NCBI GenBank assembly: GCA_905178155.1
Contig: CAJINV010000002.1
Span: 13,088,480 to 13,152,479, forward strand
Reading direction: 5' to 3'
Length of the DNA: 64,000 nucleotides
Source: Amoebophrya sp. A120
Lineage: Eukaryota; Protista; Dinoflagellata
Shown: positions 37,101-52,100 of the stretch, piece after piece
Layout: each line of letters starts with the position of its first letter
How positions within the stretch are numbered: position 1 is the first letter of the stretch
Notes under the pieces: model-generated
Databases searched by the model: none
Told to the model about the DNA's origin: nothing
The model's input: the letters and a program-made list of their open reading frames with translations, nothing else
Made by a program: the position numbers and the translations under genes

Positions 37101-40100
37101 GAGTTCGAGAACAGACTGACAATCGCAGACCACTATCAATTCATATACTCTGACCGTGATGGCGTGCAGCCGGGCATGATCAACAGCTCCAAGAAGAACA
37201 TGGATCTGTTTGATCAAAGTGAAGAGGATGATAAGTGGATGCGGGAACAAGCAGGTGCCGGCGAGGGCGACCGGAAGCCCGCCAATTGGAAGCTGCTGGC
37301 GCGTCTGTTGCAACAAATGCCAACGTCCCTATCAGTGCTAAAGGTGTTTGAGAAGGCGATCACTGGCTCGAAGTTGATCGAGTGGCTTCTGAAGGACACA
37401 AACAAGGCCCTGGCGCTGAACGAATCAGAGGTACGGAAAATGGTGGAAGTGGCGTTGGATGGCGAAGAGAGCTCTTTCGCCGTGCAGAAGATCGACACAT
37501 TCGCGACACTGTTCGTGGAGCTGAAGCCGCTCGTGGAATTTTTCCGGGAAAACAAACAGGAGACGCGAAGTGGGGAAAGCGAGCCGCAGGACGTAAATAG
37601 GGTGTCCGTATCGCAGTTGTTTTAAATTCTTCCGTTCGAGAGAGAGGACGCGCGACTGGTCCAGAAGATTGAGGAGGGTCTTCAAAACGAAGCCTGGTTC
37701 CGAAATTTGGTGGACAACAGGCAGAAGGACGAGAAGCTGAAAACCTCAGATCAGGTCGTGAACCTGCTGGCGTACGCTAAGAAAAAGAGCCTCACCTCCT
37801 ACACCCAAAGGAAAGCGGCCGCGGACCCCAAAGGAAAGCGGCCGCGGACCCCCGGACACGAGCATGTGCATGAAGTGCGTCAGCACTGTGTGGATGAATA
37901 TTATGATGTTGATTTTTTCTATACATCAAAGCGAGAGATACAACTAGAAATAACGCAACAGAAGTAAACCCACTGAGTGTTATGGAGGGGGCATCTTTTC
38001 ATTATGATATGCACAGCGGACAGTTCACTCTAACTTGCACGACGCGACCGCGACAGCAGGAACAATCGGCTGAAGAACAAACGCACAGCTCGTCCTCCGC
38101 CACTGCAGTGCAGGCCAGGCCTTCGCCAGCGAGAGCTTCCGACAATTCGGAGAACAAGGACGAAGACGATTGCTACCTTCCGTCGGCCTTCCTTCCGCGG
38201 ATGACAGCTCTCAAGGGCTCACATACTGACGAAGCCAAGACCCAGCCTGCGCGCAAGTATGCGGCTGCCGACTTGCGGAGCTTGTGGGAGAAGGTGCAGC
38301 TCGTCGCCAGCACAAACGACAAGCAGGAGCAACTGCGCGACTTCAATACGCTCTTTGAGGAACTGATCGCGCTTGGTGATCAATTGCGCCGGCTGCGCTA
38401 CGAGTTTCAAATTCCTCTTTTTTACGACGTGGTCGTACGGGTAAGCCCTGTCAAATTATCAACGAACTATTTAGTACAGTTGCATTTTCGGCAGCTAGTT
38501 ACTGCACACGGCTCAGGGGCTGGAGGAAGAGGCAGCGCAGGAGGAGACGAGCAACTCGAGAGCGAGGCGACTGTATACTTCGGTGCCAAATCCCGGGAGG
38601 ACCTCCTGCCACTCCTGCGAACAATCAAGCGCAATTTGCGAACTCAAGTGGAGTATCTGTGGCAGGACGAGTTTACGTCAGCGCGCTCCAAGTTTCCGGA
38701 GTTCTTCAACCGATTCACTACCCTGCAGCTCCTTGACCTTGGGCGGCTGATCCCCGAAATCGGAAAAGATCCGCTGGCACGACGGCGGGTGGCCTGGCTG
38801 CTCGAGTGCGAAGACGAAAGTATTTCCGGCTTCCGTCCTATCTACAGAAAAAGCACACCCATACCAGAATGAAAAAACTAGATTTGTGCATTTGCTATTT
38901 TTCTGGCATGCTGGCGATAGGACCCCGTGGGCAGAGATATCAACAACTCACGCGCCGCGCCCATTCTGGCTAGGAAGTATCTTCGCTTCGTTTTCTTTTA
39001 TTGCACCCAAAAAGACAGGCTAAGGATCTCACTCTCTCGCAGTTCGCTCCGGCTACAGTGATCTACGTTAAACTTCTATTTTGATTTTGCAACACAATAA
39101 GGGGGGAAACCTGTCATGCAAAATGGCGACTGTAATGCCTATGCGGAGAGGAGGTATGTACGAAAAGAATTAGGCCTCTGCGGTTCACCCAGGATACTAG
39201 TAGTCGCACAAAGGATAGTAGTCCCGCTTCTTGCATCAGTCCCTTGCTCGTAGTGACTGTCCTGAACCAGGCGACCATGACCCCAACTTCGCTCAGCTGC
39301 GGAGGCGGTACTAGTTTCGCAGTGGCTCCTTGACCGGTTTCACCCCGGCTTCTAATGGGTTTTAGCATTACTAGCTTGGGACCTGGTATTAAGAGTGTTG
39401 CTGCAGCACAGACCATAGCCGGTTTTCGAAAATCTGCACTAACAATTTTTTTCAAGTAACATCGTGATATGGGTGTGCTTTTCCGTAGGATCCGTCCTGA
39501 AAACCATGGCGACCTTGATCCGGCACATGAGGAGATATTGGAAGATGCTGAGACCGACGAACACGAAGGGAATCCTCCTACTGTGAAGAAGATCCTGGAT
39601 GCGCCACCCTATTTGTTGAAGGCCAGTGACTTCTCCGGTCTCGACTGCGACGGCGAAGAAACCGACTCCGACGAGGGCACAGCACTTGTCTCTCTTGGCG
39701 GCGATAACTATTTGACAGGCCAGGTCGAAATGGTGCTAGGCGCACTCGCAAAGCGGATTGCAAAACTTTGGAGAAGAAAGATGAAATTTTCGGTCACAAC
39801 GTCTGCTGCATTGTCTTCGTCAGAAAGCGGAGGCCTTGCACACACACGTGAAGGTGCTCCGGAGGTCGCCAACGATAGTGTAGCCACTGCCCTCATTGAT
39901 TTTGATGGAACCAAGAGGACGACTGATGTCCAGAGCGGCGGCTTGTCCGTCGAGCGGCTGCCAGCTGTCTTGAGTGCCCTGCTGCGGCATGCGGAACAAG
40001 AAGCGTCTGCTGCGCGATTCGTTAGCGAGGCCAGCAAGTCGCAGGCTTTAATTCCAGTTGCATACGACTATGATGACGTCCGCGATGTTGAAGAATTTGA

Positions 40101-43100
40101 CGCGGCCGCCCTGCTGAGAGCGGACGGCAGTGCGGCCCTGCCTAGTGGCGGCTCCGAGGAAAATCACCGGCAGCACAAGTTTTGGGTCCGGGTCGTGTTT
40201 GGGGATGAGCCACTGGAATTCGTTACGTCTCTCGCGCATCAGGCCAAACTGCGGCGTTTGGGGCCCGAAAGCGTCTTCTTCTGCTCGCCAAGCACGACGG
40301 CTGCCGAACTGGAGCTTTTTCTGCGCCGAGCGTTTCGATCGCCCAAAACTGTTGAGCGCTCGAAACATGATCCGACAGCGCTATTCTTCCTGCTGAATGT
40401 CGAACGGCTCTCCTATGAAGTGGCTGTTTCTACCACAAAAACTTACTTGAGCCTGCGGCGCACGCTCTATCTCGGAGTCACAGAGCCGGCTCGAGACGGG
40501 GGAGGTCCCTCTTCCCCGCAACACTACGAGGACGAGACTTCGACGACGGCTAGCGAAAGAGGTAACTTTGCTGCAGCGGATGACGCCATAATGAAAATCG
40601 AGGAAATGAAAACCCTTCTGGTAATCCATTCGCACCCAAGCGGACGCAAACGAAGCAATTTGTTGGCTCACTTTGAGGACCGCGTCCTGGAGAACGCCCG
40701 AGAGGAACTGGAACAAAAAGTCCCAGCTAATCCACTAGATTGGGAATCGTTCGAAGCCCCACGAGCGGGGGATGACCGCGCCGCTCGTGCAGTTTTCAGT
40801 GAAGATGCCGGTGGCGGCAAATCCTGGATGGTTGAGAGGCTGTATCACACCGTATTTAGCTAGCAGTACCGTTTTTGCATATCGTTGTGGTAGAACGAAA
40901 CAATCTGTCATGAGCAAATCCATCAAATTGTGTCTAGTCGCATTCACTTGCATGAGAGAGGACGTCCACTCGGTTGCAACCAGCGGGACAACGCAATATC
41001 ACTGCGACAAGGAGACTCTGCATTCACATTGAGAGCGCTGCCATTCCGTAGTTCTGTACACCGTCAAGCACAACGAGCTACTTGAGCTTCTATATTTTCT
41101 TCTTTCTGCATTGCGGTGGGGCTCTGTGTTGCATTACTTTTTTACATAAAAGTCATCGTTTTGCATTACAACTCTGCTAGCTTGTTCTTGTGATATTCTT
41201 CAGCTCGCCGACGAGCAAACCTTGAGAGATCGTGGGCTTCAGCCCCGACCACTACGAATAAACATTCCGGTTTATTCCCCACCCAGCGAAGACAGCCTTT
41301 GTGCTCGCATTCTGGACGAGGTTTCGGCGTATCTCCATGCAGGAATGATACTATCGAAAGTGCCATCGGAGCCCGTGCTAGTAATCAAAAAGAATCTTAT
41401 TTTTTGAGAATGTATGTTGTCTGAGGTTTTGATTAGCCGAGTACATCTGAACCATTTGTCGCAGCTCGCTCGTCGTGCAATACCTCAAAGGCCCTTTATG
41501 CGTGACCCTGAGAAAAATAAAAATTTACTCGCAAAATGATTTGAAATATTAAGATGCCTCTCTTTTTGATTCCTTGTGCCAGCAGTGCAATTTTCGGTTT
41601 GATAGGGAAACAAAGACCACCCTGGCGACAGCAAGAAGCAGGGGGCAACGGCCACCGATTCCATGGAACATAACAACTTTTATGTGTCCTTGCACCTAGA
41701 TATCGGTGCCGGCGTGCCCATGCGCCACACTCTCCTCAATGAGCTGCTATTCAAGCTGGTCGTGTTACGTCGGTGGGTCGACGCCCGCGACCGCGTCTGG
41801 CGCTTCAGCGACCGGGACCGCCTTTTTGTGGAGTCGAGCAATCGATGGGTGGTGGGCGACCGCTTGTCGTTCGCGCGACACCTGCAAGTCTTTAATGTGC
41901 CATCGCCGCAAGCTTTACTGAATCGCTCCGCTGTCCTCCCGCAAAGCAATTTACCGCTCGATGAAAATGCGAGGATTCAAGAACGCATGATGCGCTGGCA
42001 GCTCGAAGCAGTTCGGGGCGAAGCGAAGGCCGATGTTCTGCTCCTGGGTGTTGGCAATATAGAGGAACACCAGGATCGCCCGCAAATAGAAACTGCAACG
42101 AACAAAATCTGGCGGGATGCAGCCTGGTTCGCAGCGCGTCTTCCCGATCGAAGCCAGGACAGAATACGCAGCGCAAATGTGTTAGAGTCGGTGAACAAGG
42201 CTGAGGTGCGGAATACTTCGCTAAATCGAAGCAACAGGTCATGATGTCTGCAGAGCAGGCTATTCGCGTTTTGATGTTGTAATTTTTTTTCCGTACCGGA
42301 TCATTGCAACGAAGCGGGAGCGGGATTGAAAAATGTATTAAATAGGTAGATTATGATTGCATGATTGCCGACCCATATTTTTAGTCTTGGAGAACAACAT
42401 GGGCACTCATCCTACTTTGTATAGTTCAAGAAGAAGGCACTTGCGCACTGTATGTGAAGCGTTGTGTATAACGTCGAGAAGTAGTAGTAGTTTGCAAGCT
42501 AAAATAGCCTCAGTGATCATCTTGCTCGTCAAACATTTGCTATTTGAGTGGATAAAACGACGATCTCTGGGACCTTTGGAAGCCAAAATCCCATTTCTCA
42601 CGGCCGCGTGGGTGGGCGCCATGCGAGAAACAAGAAAACGAAATCCCTGGTGAGATGTTGAGCGACCGCAACGTACTTGGAAGGCTTATTGCCTTGAGCG
42701 AGCAAGAAAATCCGACATGGACGGTGCTTGTTTCGTTCGTGAAGCTCATTGCGTATCTCGACGAGCTTTTGCATTTCGCTCTGGACGAAAAGATCACGCT
42801 TTGGACATTAATGGAACAAAACGAAGGGCTGCAGGGCAGCAACCACTCGACCATGGCGCATTCGTTTAAGCACTTCGCGATGGAAAGAGCAAGGTTGGCC
42901 GCGATCGATTTTGCCACTCCCAGCCGCGAAATTGTTGAAACGTTCGAAGGGACGGGTGCCGCCTCCAGCGGAGTACCTGCCGCCAGTCGAAACCGCCGCG
43001 GATGGGAGGAGCGCGCGCACCCGTACCTGATCCCTACGAGGAACCAGGTTCTGAAGCACTTCGGATTCCACTTCCGTGACGGGAGAATTGTCATTGCCAA

Positions 43101-46100
43101 AAACAAGCCGCTCCGTGGACAGCCCCAGGAGTGGGAGGAGGAGAAATTGAAGGGTAAACACGGTTCAATTGATCCTGGGGTACTGAGGTGGATTAACGAA
43201 CAGTATTCCAGATTGAATTCCAACCCGGATTCAGGCTCGACGAGAACACAGGCTCCGGATGCTTCGGATCAAATGAAAAAATGGTGTAAGGACAATGCGC
43301 AGCTACTGCTGGACAACTTTTCTGCACTTTTTGCGCAACTCAATATTCAAGATGTCCGACCTGCCACTGAATTTTTGCTTCGGTGGAAGACCAATCCTGC
43401 GGAACTTACTTCGGACCAACAAGCGGTAGCAACCGCACTTGGCGCGGACATCGAACGTGCCGTCTCAAACGGCACCATGACTCCTGATCCAAGCCAAACC
43501 GACTTCGACATTAAACCTGGGGCGCCGGGCACCTTCCTGGGACCCCACATCGACAACGCCTCGCGCGACCAGCTGCTGGAGCATCTACGAGATGTATTGT
43601 GGGACTACGCAAATGGCGTTCCAGAAAGCCTGTCAGACCCTGATCCAGCTTTTGTTTTGACGCGCGACGTTTTACAAAAAATTCTCGCTATTCACATGCG
43701 CTTCTCAGCCGGGCTCCCCGTCTTCATATCCGGTGAAACCGGAATTGGGAAGACTGCATTGCTAGAGTACTACGCCAAAGTCAGACAGCAACTCCAGTTG
43801 CATGCGCCAAACCAGGAGCGTCGCACGCACATGGATGGCCAGGGTAGTCCACTCAAATTAATGCGGACTGTGAAAGTGCATGGTGGCGTCGGTCGTGCAG
43901 CACTGAATAGCTACGTGAAGGAAGCACTGCAACTTGCAAGATTTAATGCAAGAAAGGGGGTGCGGGAGACACTACTGTTCTTTGACGAAGCAAACACGTC
44001 GTTGGAAGTCGTGTGGGGGGTGAAAGAATTGATGACCAATGGTCGACTTCATGGTCGTGACCTGCGCAGCGAGTTGGAAGGCACGGAAAGAAATTTCGAA
44101 ACAGGCGAGCAGTTCCCGTTCCGCCTGCTTCTCGCAATGGCCTGCAACCCGTACCGAGTGCAGCCACTCGCCGTTCGAAGGCAAATGCACCGCGCTGGAC
44201 TTGGCTACCGGCACGCAGCCGAAGAGGTGGAGAGCAACGACTCGCCACAAGACGATCCTGCAGCCCGCGTTCGTCCTATGCGGGACCTAGTGTACCGTGT
44301 GGTGAGGACGCCCCCTTCACTATCCCGAGTAAAAACGTCCCCACCCAGCAGGATTCTGTGTGCTTTATTTACTGTGGTTTTTTCCAGCACAGAAACAGTC
44401 CAGAGTCAAATGAGGAATTTTGCTGCACAAACCATCACGTCTTGGCTGTTCCGCATGACAACTTAAAGTTTGGGCTTCCAAAAGCATAATCGCGCTCAGC
44501 GTACTAGTAAAGCTGCCCCACCAAGTGGCCATCTTATCCTGATTGCGGCATGACACCTGGCACTGCCAGACCGTATTTCGAAAAGCTCCTCGCGTCGCTA
44601 CGCATGCGAAACATTTGAGTATTGTACGTAGATTTGCAGGCCAAGCCTGGGGTGGGGACGTTGTTACGCAGAATAATCCTTGAGAGACAGCATATTCGAG
44701 TTTGGTTCTCTCCCTGAAGACGCCGAAGCGGATTACGCCCGCCAAATCATCCTGCGACGTATCCAATCTATGCTGCTCGATGGACGACTTCGACCTGCTC
44801 CGAAACCCTCTCTGAGCCGCGCGCAGCGAGACACAGTCAGCGAAGGTAGTGGTGGTGATTCGGAGACCGCGCAAGTGGTGCTGGATCAGGAACAGGTCTG
44901 GCGTGATATGGTGCTGGAAATTCAGAAGTTAAGAAAAGATTCTGAGAAAGGAGAGAACAAGATCCGTGACATCGAGCGCGATGTTTTTTTATCGGTAGAG
45001 GACTCCGCTGCACCCCCTTCCGGCACGGTGGCGGCCGTCGCAGAGTCAGGACCAGCGGGACCCGTTGCTGCTGCCGCGTCTGAAGGACACGAAACAGCAA
45101 TCGCTGCTTCATCCCAACCCCCTGAGGACAAAGAGCGTCTTCTGAAAGGCGCCCTTGCTCGTGCATTTCGGTACTTTCGCGATGAAAGTTATTATGTGAA
45201 AAAAGTTATGAACCATGCGCATGCCGCAAGGCCGGGCGTCGGGGGCGCCAATCACGGCACTGCTGCTTCCCAGGCCGAGCACACCAACGAGCAGGAGCCA
45301 ACTCCACCCGTTGTTACCGATGCCGGCACTAACGATGCAGGGCAAGCAGAGCCAGCACCCGCGCTTCCGGTCCAGCATAATAGCGACGAACAGGAGGCCG
45401 CTGACATATGCATTGCAAATATGTCTGAACCCAAAAACCTATGACTGATGCTCCATTACGGATGGTTGCAGCGCTTGCAACGGCAGCCGAACATGACAAG
45501 CTTTTCGAACGCTTTGTGATGCCTGGCACGCATTGCAAATTGCGCTTTTGTATGAAAAAGGAGGTTTTGCTTTCGCTGCTCCGGCAGCGCTGGTTTTTCC
45601 GCCCTTTGAGATGAAACACGCATTACTACTTTCAGTTTTCGTTTTCCAGACCCAGACGTATTTGCATTCGATAGGGCAGTGACAACAGCAGTTTCCGGTT
45701 AATCCCGGTTGCTCTGCGGCAAAGTTTGTCGGAAATGTTCCACTGCTTTCGGAATGATTTCAAAATATTCGAGGACTACGTCGCTGCAGAGGTCGAGAAG
45801 CATGGCCGACCCGCACTCCACGAGCAGTTGCAATTCAGGGAACCACATGCAGCCGCCGCAGGCCAGAATTTGGGCGATGGGACAGGAGATGCTGGCACAC
45901 CCGGTTTACAGCAGCGGGAAACCAGGACTGTTCCTACCGGCGTCATTAATATTCCGTACGCTGAGCTGCTGGAGAACAAAGCCTTGTGTTTTTACTGGCG
46001 CGAGGGTTACGCCAACAACAGAAGCTCAGCGGCTCTGCTGCGTCGCATTCTCTACACGTTTACCGTCGAACAGGTAACAACCCACAGGATCCTGAGCCAA

Positions 46101-49100
46101 ATATTGAACGTTCATCAATTCATCCGTGGGAAGGATCCCAATCCCGAGGGCGGGAACCGAACGGTGCTCAGAGCGGTTAGCCTGCGTGATGTGGAGCGTT
46201 TCATGGATCTCACTGGCTTTTTCGCGGAGCGACTGCAGTCCCCGACCTCGTACTTGAGGCAGAAGTACTTCGAAAATATCCACCACCGCTTGATGGAGGA
46301 TTTTTCGGAAGATGCCTGGGAATCGCAGTCGGACGTGTATCTCGCCGAATACCCCCCCTCCACCGGCCGCCTGAGATTCTCTACCCTGGCGGAAGCGAAG
46401 AGAGAAGCAGCTCGCGTGCCAGATTGTGGAGGGATCACACAGAGGTGGCCGCACAATGAGTTCGAGCTCCGTATCAACTTCAAATATGTCTGATTCTGGA
46501 AAAGGGAAAACACAGAAGTTTGTCATGCATAGCGATGGCACACAGGATCTGGAGTAAGTATGCGCATGAAACCAAATTTCACAACTCTTGCGAGGGAAGC
46601 TTTATTGCAATGCTTATTGTGCGTAAGAAATCCTCTCTCGAGGTGCGCAGAAACAGTTTTTGCTACTCGTGCAAGACGGATCTTTGTAATTGTATGACTG
46701 TCAGAGGGCGTAGAAACATCAATCAAAAATGTTATGGAGCACGACGAGGCTGCACCTTTCCCGACGCAGACATATCTGCAGTGGATACCTCGGGCGGGGA
46801 CAGAATTTAAGGTTTCACCTGTCGGAGAAAGGAGTTGGAAGAAACCTTCTCAACAACACGGTGCAGACACTGCTCAACCTGGAGACGCAATGGAAGTCGA
46901 CGACGAGGGACAAGGAGCACGGGTCCGCGACGTTGGCGGTGCCGCGGGACCTTCAGAAGTACCTGCTGCCAAGGGGGTTGCCGCGATTCAGTTGCGAGTT
47001 AGCGACCTCGCCTATGCCAAGGCAAATCAGTTGATCAGCGACGCTGTTCCCTTGGGCTTGCACTTCGCGTATTTCCTGAGCCTTCCCGTCCGTAAGCGAA
47101 TTCAGTTTCTGGCCGAAAACAGCATATTCGTTCCCGGCGAATTGGAGTAGTTCGAGCGCGCTACGGCTGCTCTCAAGGAAGTTTTCAGAGCAGATCTGGC
47201 TGACTACCTCGCAGAACGGCGCCTGGCGCCAAACGAAGCGCTCTTGGAGAACGTAATGCTGTTGGCCGTGTGTGCGCAGTTGCGCATCCCGGTGTTCATC
47301 GTGGGAAAGCCCGGCAGCTCGAAATCGTTGGGCAAGGCTATCGTGCAAGATGTTATGACGGGAAGCTCTTCGCCTGTCCCGCTCTTTCAGCGAGATGAGG
47401 ACTTCGGTCGGTTACGCGCGCAACAAATGTGGCTTTGGGATGGATGGTGTCAAATGATTGATTATTTGAAGCACCATAAAGAATTACGTTTGGGCATGAT
47501 GCGATACTACATAACAGAGCATGGTGGAACTACATTTGGCAACATGACGATTCTCTTCTCAAGAACGAGAAACAAAATTAACACAAGGCTTGGAATGAAG
47601 GTTGTGAGTTCACACGCAGTTTTTCTTTAAGGAGAACCCACAGATTGCCCATCCGTGCGAGGAAAGCAGTAGCATTGTGTTGCAAGACCTCTGACTAGTG
47701 AATGAAAAATTTTGTATCTCCGCTCGTGCTACTACTAGCAATTGAAAAAATAAATTTGTGAGGCAGAACTGCGATACGAGCCGCGCTGTCAAACTTGCTT
47801 CTGTCTCACTTTCCACTGTGACGCTCAATCATACCAATCTCCATGCCACGCATTTTGCACCTCTAATGCGAACGGCATTTCAGACGAATCAATGCTCCCC
47901 GCACTCCACAGCAAAATCAATTCTGGACATTTTTCAAAAGGCGAGCATGGTGCAGCAGCAACTCGTGCAGAAAGCAGTGACCGAAGTGGCAGCGGAGGGC
48001 GCACAAGCAGAGGGTTCTCGCCAGCAAGAGCAGCCCTCATCTGGCCTTGACGAAAATTGCGATGCGAGCTGCGCAGCAAGCGTGACACCAGCTTCGCAAA
48101 AAGAAGCCGGTCACGCCCTCGAGTTGGAACGCATTACCCAGGCCGAGCTCCGTAAAGAGATTGCCGTCGTCGTTCTGGACGAGGTCGGGCTCGCGGAAGA
48201 GAGTCAGCATCTTCCTCTGAAAGCTCTGCATCCGCTTCTCGAGACGGGAATCTCTCCGGACGGCCACTTCGGCCAGAGAATCACGGACAAGGTGGCCTTT
48301 ATGGGTCTGTCGAATTGGAATCTGGATCCCGCCAAGATGAACCGCGCGATTCTGGTCATGCGCGAGGAACTCAATCGTGCGGAGATGATCCGCACCGCCC
48401 GCGCCATCTTCCGACACGAAGGCAGCCTTCTTTTCGGTGCGGCGGCCCAAAGAGATGCAGGCGAGCAGTCGCCGGGCACCTCGTCTGAGCGAGACAGACT
48501 CATTGAGTCCATCGTGGACGGCTACAGAGCGGTTGTCGGAGCCGTAGATGAGGAGGAGGACAACGAAACGGAAAGCGGGATGGAGGAGGACGGCGAAAAT
48601 GGCGCCGAAAGCGTGGATGGCGCTGCCGGCGTCGGAGGGACACAGCGTGAGGGGCGCGACGCTGCTACGTCTTATGGCCTGCGTGATTTCTATTCTTTTG
48701 TCAAAATGCTCGACCAGCGTGCTGCCGAATGGAATAGAGATAACGCCTCCTCCCTGGTCCCGCCCGACATTTTGCAGAAAGCTAAGCTCGACGCGTTGGC
48801 GTACTGTGTGCGGCGCAACTTCGGGGGAATCTCGGCTGAAATGGAGAATATGGCGCAGGCCCAGCTGCTCCATCACCTAAATCGCGGCACCGAGCCTGTT
48901 GCTGTTGAAGGTGCGGAGGCGGCAGAAAGCGGACAAGAGCAGCTGAGCCACGAACATCTAGATGGCCTTAAACTTGACGCGCTTCTGCAAGATAACCTTC
49001 AACAGCCCGACCCTGACGGCAAACACCCAGTCCGCTACCCACTCATTATGCCTCGCGGCAAGACCACAGGCAGCTTGGGCGTGGTAAATGTGTTGCAGGC

Positions 49101-52100
49101 GAAAGGCATTCTCGAGAAAGAGGTAGCGATCGTGTTTGGGAGTAGCTTTCCGGAAGATGGGTCTCTTGCGTTCCTGAATCGCTGCATTGATAAAGTCAAG
49201 CATGGACTCGAATCTGGCGAAGTGGTTGTGTTGGTAAACGCTGCGAAGATTTACGAAGCGGTGTATGACGCCCTTAACCAGTACTACACGGTATTTGCCG
49301 GGCAAAAGTACGTCAACCTGGGCCTCGGTAACGACCACACGAAGGTGCAAGTGGCGAGCACAGCGAAGCTGGTTATTTTGGAGCCAGAGCCGCACTTACT
49401 GGATACCCCTCTGCTGAATCGCATGGAGAAGTACGGTCTCTCCCCCAAAGATCTACTGACTCATGAGGAGAACGAAGTTCTTCAATCTGTCAGACTGAAG
49501 CTACGAGCTTTCATCCCACAACACATGGTGCTCGCACCGGAGAAGATTGCGCACTTTTCTGCTGACGAGACATTACCGCTGCTTGCCATGGAGGAGTTGG
49601 TCACGCAGCGCAATAAAATGGCTCTCATGATGAAGGCGTCGACGACACGTTCTTTGAAAGACGCCGCTACAGAAAGCTCCATCAGGCGACTGTTTGAAAA
49701 CATGTACCCCGATACAGTCATAGCAGTCCTGCAGCAGAGCTTTTGCCTTGCAAGTTCGCGTGCAAAAGAGTGGTGGCTGGTGCATCAACATCGATCAGCA
49801 GGACAAGAACTGAAGATGCAACAGAAGCCGAGCTTTGAACGAGAACTGTATCGGACGTATTTTGGTGACCCGGAAAAAGCGGAGGACACACGCACACTGG
49901 CGGATCTCCTTCTTGCGCCCCTGGAAGAACACGCTTCGTCGCCTTCCTGGGTCAGCACTCACAGTGTCATACTCGACTCTTCAAAGCGCCAACTCGGTGT
50001 AGCTGCCGCTTCTGCAACTGCAACGCCTACTCCTCTCGTGGGGACCGCGGCCAGGACCGGCGCGTCCGAGCACGGGACTGCTCCTGACCCCGGCCCGCCA
50101 ACGCGCGTGAATGTGCAGCGCGTTCAAATAACAACCTTCTCCAGTGCCCTTAATCCGAACTACGTGGGCAGTTTGATGGGCCTGAAGCAACTACGAGTCG
50201 ACTTGCGAAGTCTTCGAGAGGTGCGTGCGTCCGCTGATCTATCACATATTGTGTGGGTGTTTTTGCGAGAGTCCCACGAAAAGCACTATAAAAGCCTTCG
50301 AAAAAAGCGCTCTACCCGTACGAGCAAGACCAGGCGCCACGTCCTTTTGCTGAAAGCGGACCCCGACACGGTGCACCTGATCGAATCCGCGCGACACGCC
50401 CTCGAGGCCGACCTCGAGCGCTTCTTCCAAGAGCACAGAGCAGATGGTCCCGTTTCTGACGAGCCTGGCGCGGGCCGCACTGTGTTACCCTCGGACCGTG
50501 CTACCGCGGTCTTGCGATCGGCTCCCAGTGCTGGCGCGGGTTTAGGGTTTGCGACCAGCGTGCCAGGAGGTAGGGCACACAGCACCGACTTCGCCGCTCC
50601 TTTCCTGTCCACTCCTGTTGGTCCACTCGTGAGCGCGCACGAGGAGCCGTTGGACATATCGATCGTGTTCTTGGTCCAGCTAACGGGCGCTGTCGACAGC
50701 AACGCTACAGTGCCGTACGTAGTGCAGCCAAACGGATGGCGCGTGGCTCATCTTGACGATGCTTCCGTCAGTGGTGAAGACGCCACAGGTGACGGCCAGA
50801 TTCTACCCAGTCTAAAGAAGCTCATCCAGCTTCGCACTATGTCGAATGTCTTACGTGAAAGCATCGTGGATAGTGGTGAACCCAAATTGTTGACGTCCCT
50901 ACTGCAACGGGTCCTCCATGGCGCGGTGGTCGAGATGAGTGACCAAGCAGGATTGCAGCGGAACACGGGGCAACAGACGGCCGCGCAGGCCGCGAGAGAT
51001 TCTCCTGCATTCCTTCTGAACTCTTTGCTCAAGCTCGCAGATAAAAACTCCGAGGTCGGCGCGACATTCGCGAAGTTCGTTTTTAGCCAGGTCGCGACTC
51101 AGAACACCAGAAAAGACGACGAGAAATCGTCTTGGTTGGTCGCCGCCGCAGAAAAGCGGACGAAAAAAAGGAAAACTGTCGTCGGAGGTAGTGGCAGCCT
51201 GCGGGCCGCTGTGAATATTACTACAACGACATTTCACAACGACCTGGAATCTTACTTCCTTGACGAGCTGGCAAAGCGCGTCGGGAGGCTATTGGGCCAG
51301 CTCAATCGCAATGGGAACTTGTTGCTAAACATCTCGTCCATGGTTCGCGGCCAGGTGTCGAATCCAGCAGAGCCTTTGAGTTCTCAGGGCGTCGTTGGCG
51401 GAGTCGCGCCTCCATCTTCCGGCACCGCAGAGGCAGTTGGACCGTCTGCACTTTCGCCGGAGACCCAGGTGCAAAGTGACCGAAGAGCCCTATTCTTCGC
51501 ATGCACCAAGCTGCTCCAGTGGGGAAATTCGAACACGGCGCAGTCGAACGACATCGCGGCAACTACAGCTGTGGAATCGTTACGATTTCCATTTTTTGCA
51601 CATGTTTTTCAGCACCTCAGTGATCAGTTCGAGACACTGGCTCGCCGGAACCTGAACGCAGGTCGCAGGAACGACAGCGAGGTTGCAAGCCTGTATAGGT
51701 CTTTTCGAGCCATAGTTTCGGAGCTGAAAGTTCCCAAGCTGCCCCTTTCCTCGCAGGGCGATATGCCGATTAACGAGGAACTCGCAGTCGATCTTTTCAT
51801 CGGCGACCTGACAGAAATGATCGTCGCGGGAGAACGCGACGTGCGGGAAGCTCTGCGACCTGTAGAAGATAGGCAGGGGCTGCTGGGACAGTTGCTCAGA
51901 GGTGAAGCTATTGCACTGAATGAGCATGGTGCTAAAACCAGCGAGATCGGAGCAGGAGTAGGAGGAGAAGGAGGCATAACCACCGGCGTCCGAGACATCA
52001 CGCTGCAGGAACTAGTTATGAAGCTCGCGGATCATGTATTTGTGTACCGTCTCTTCCTTGATGACTTGCGCGCAATCGCAATGTACCTCGGATTCCTTCG

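Noticed and set aside
39114-39455. 113-aa minus-strand ORF inside the 659-nt introner as a mobilising enzyme
   Set aside because: Non-ATG start, too short, and no transposase, recombinase or RT motif.
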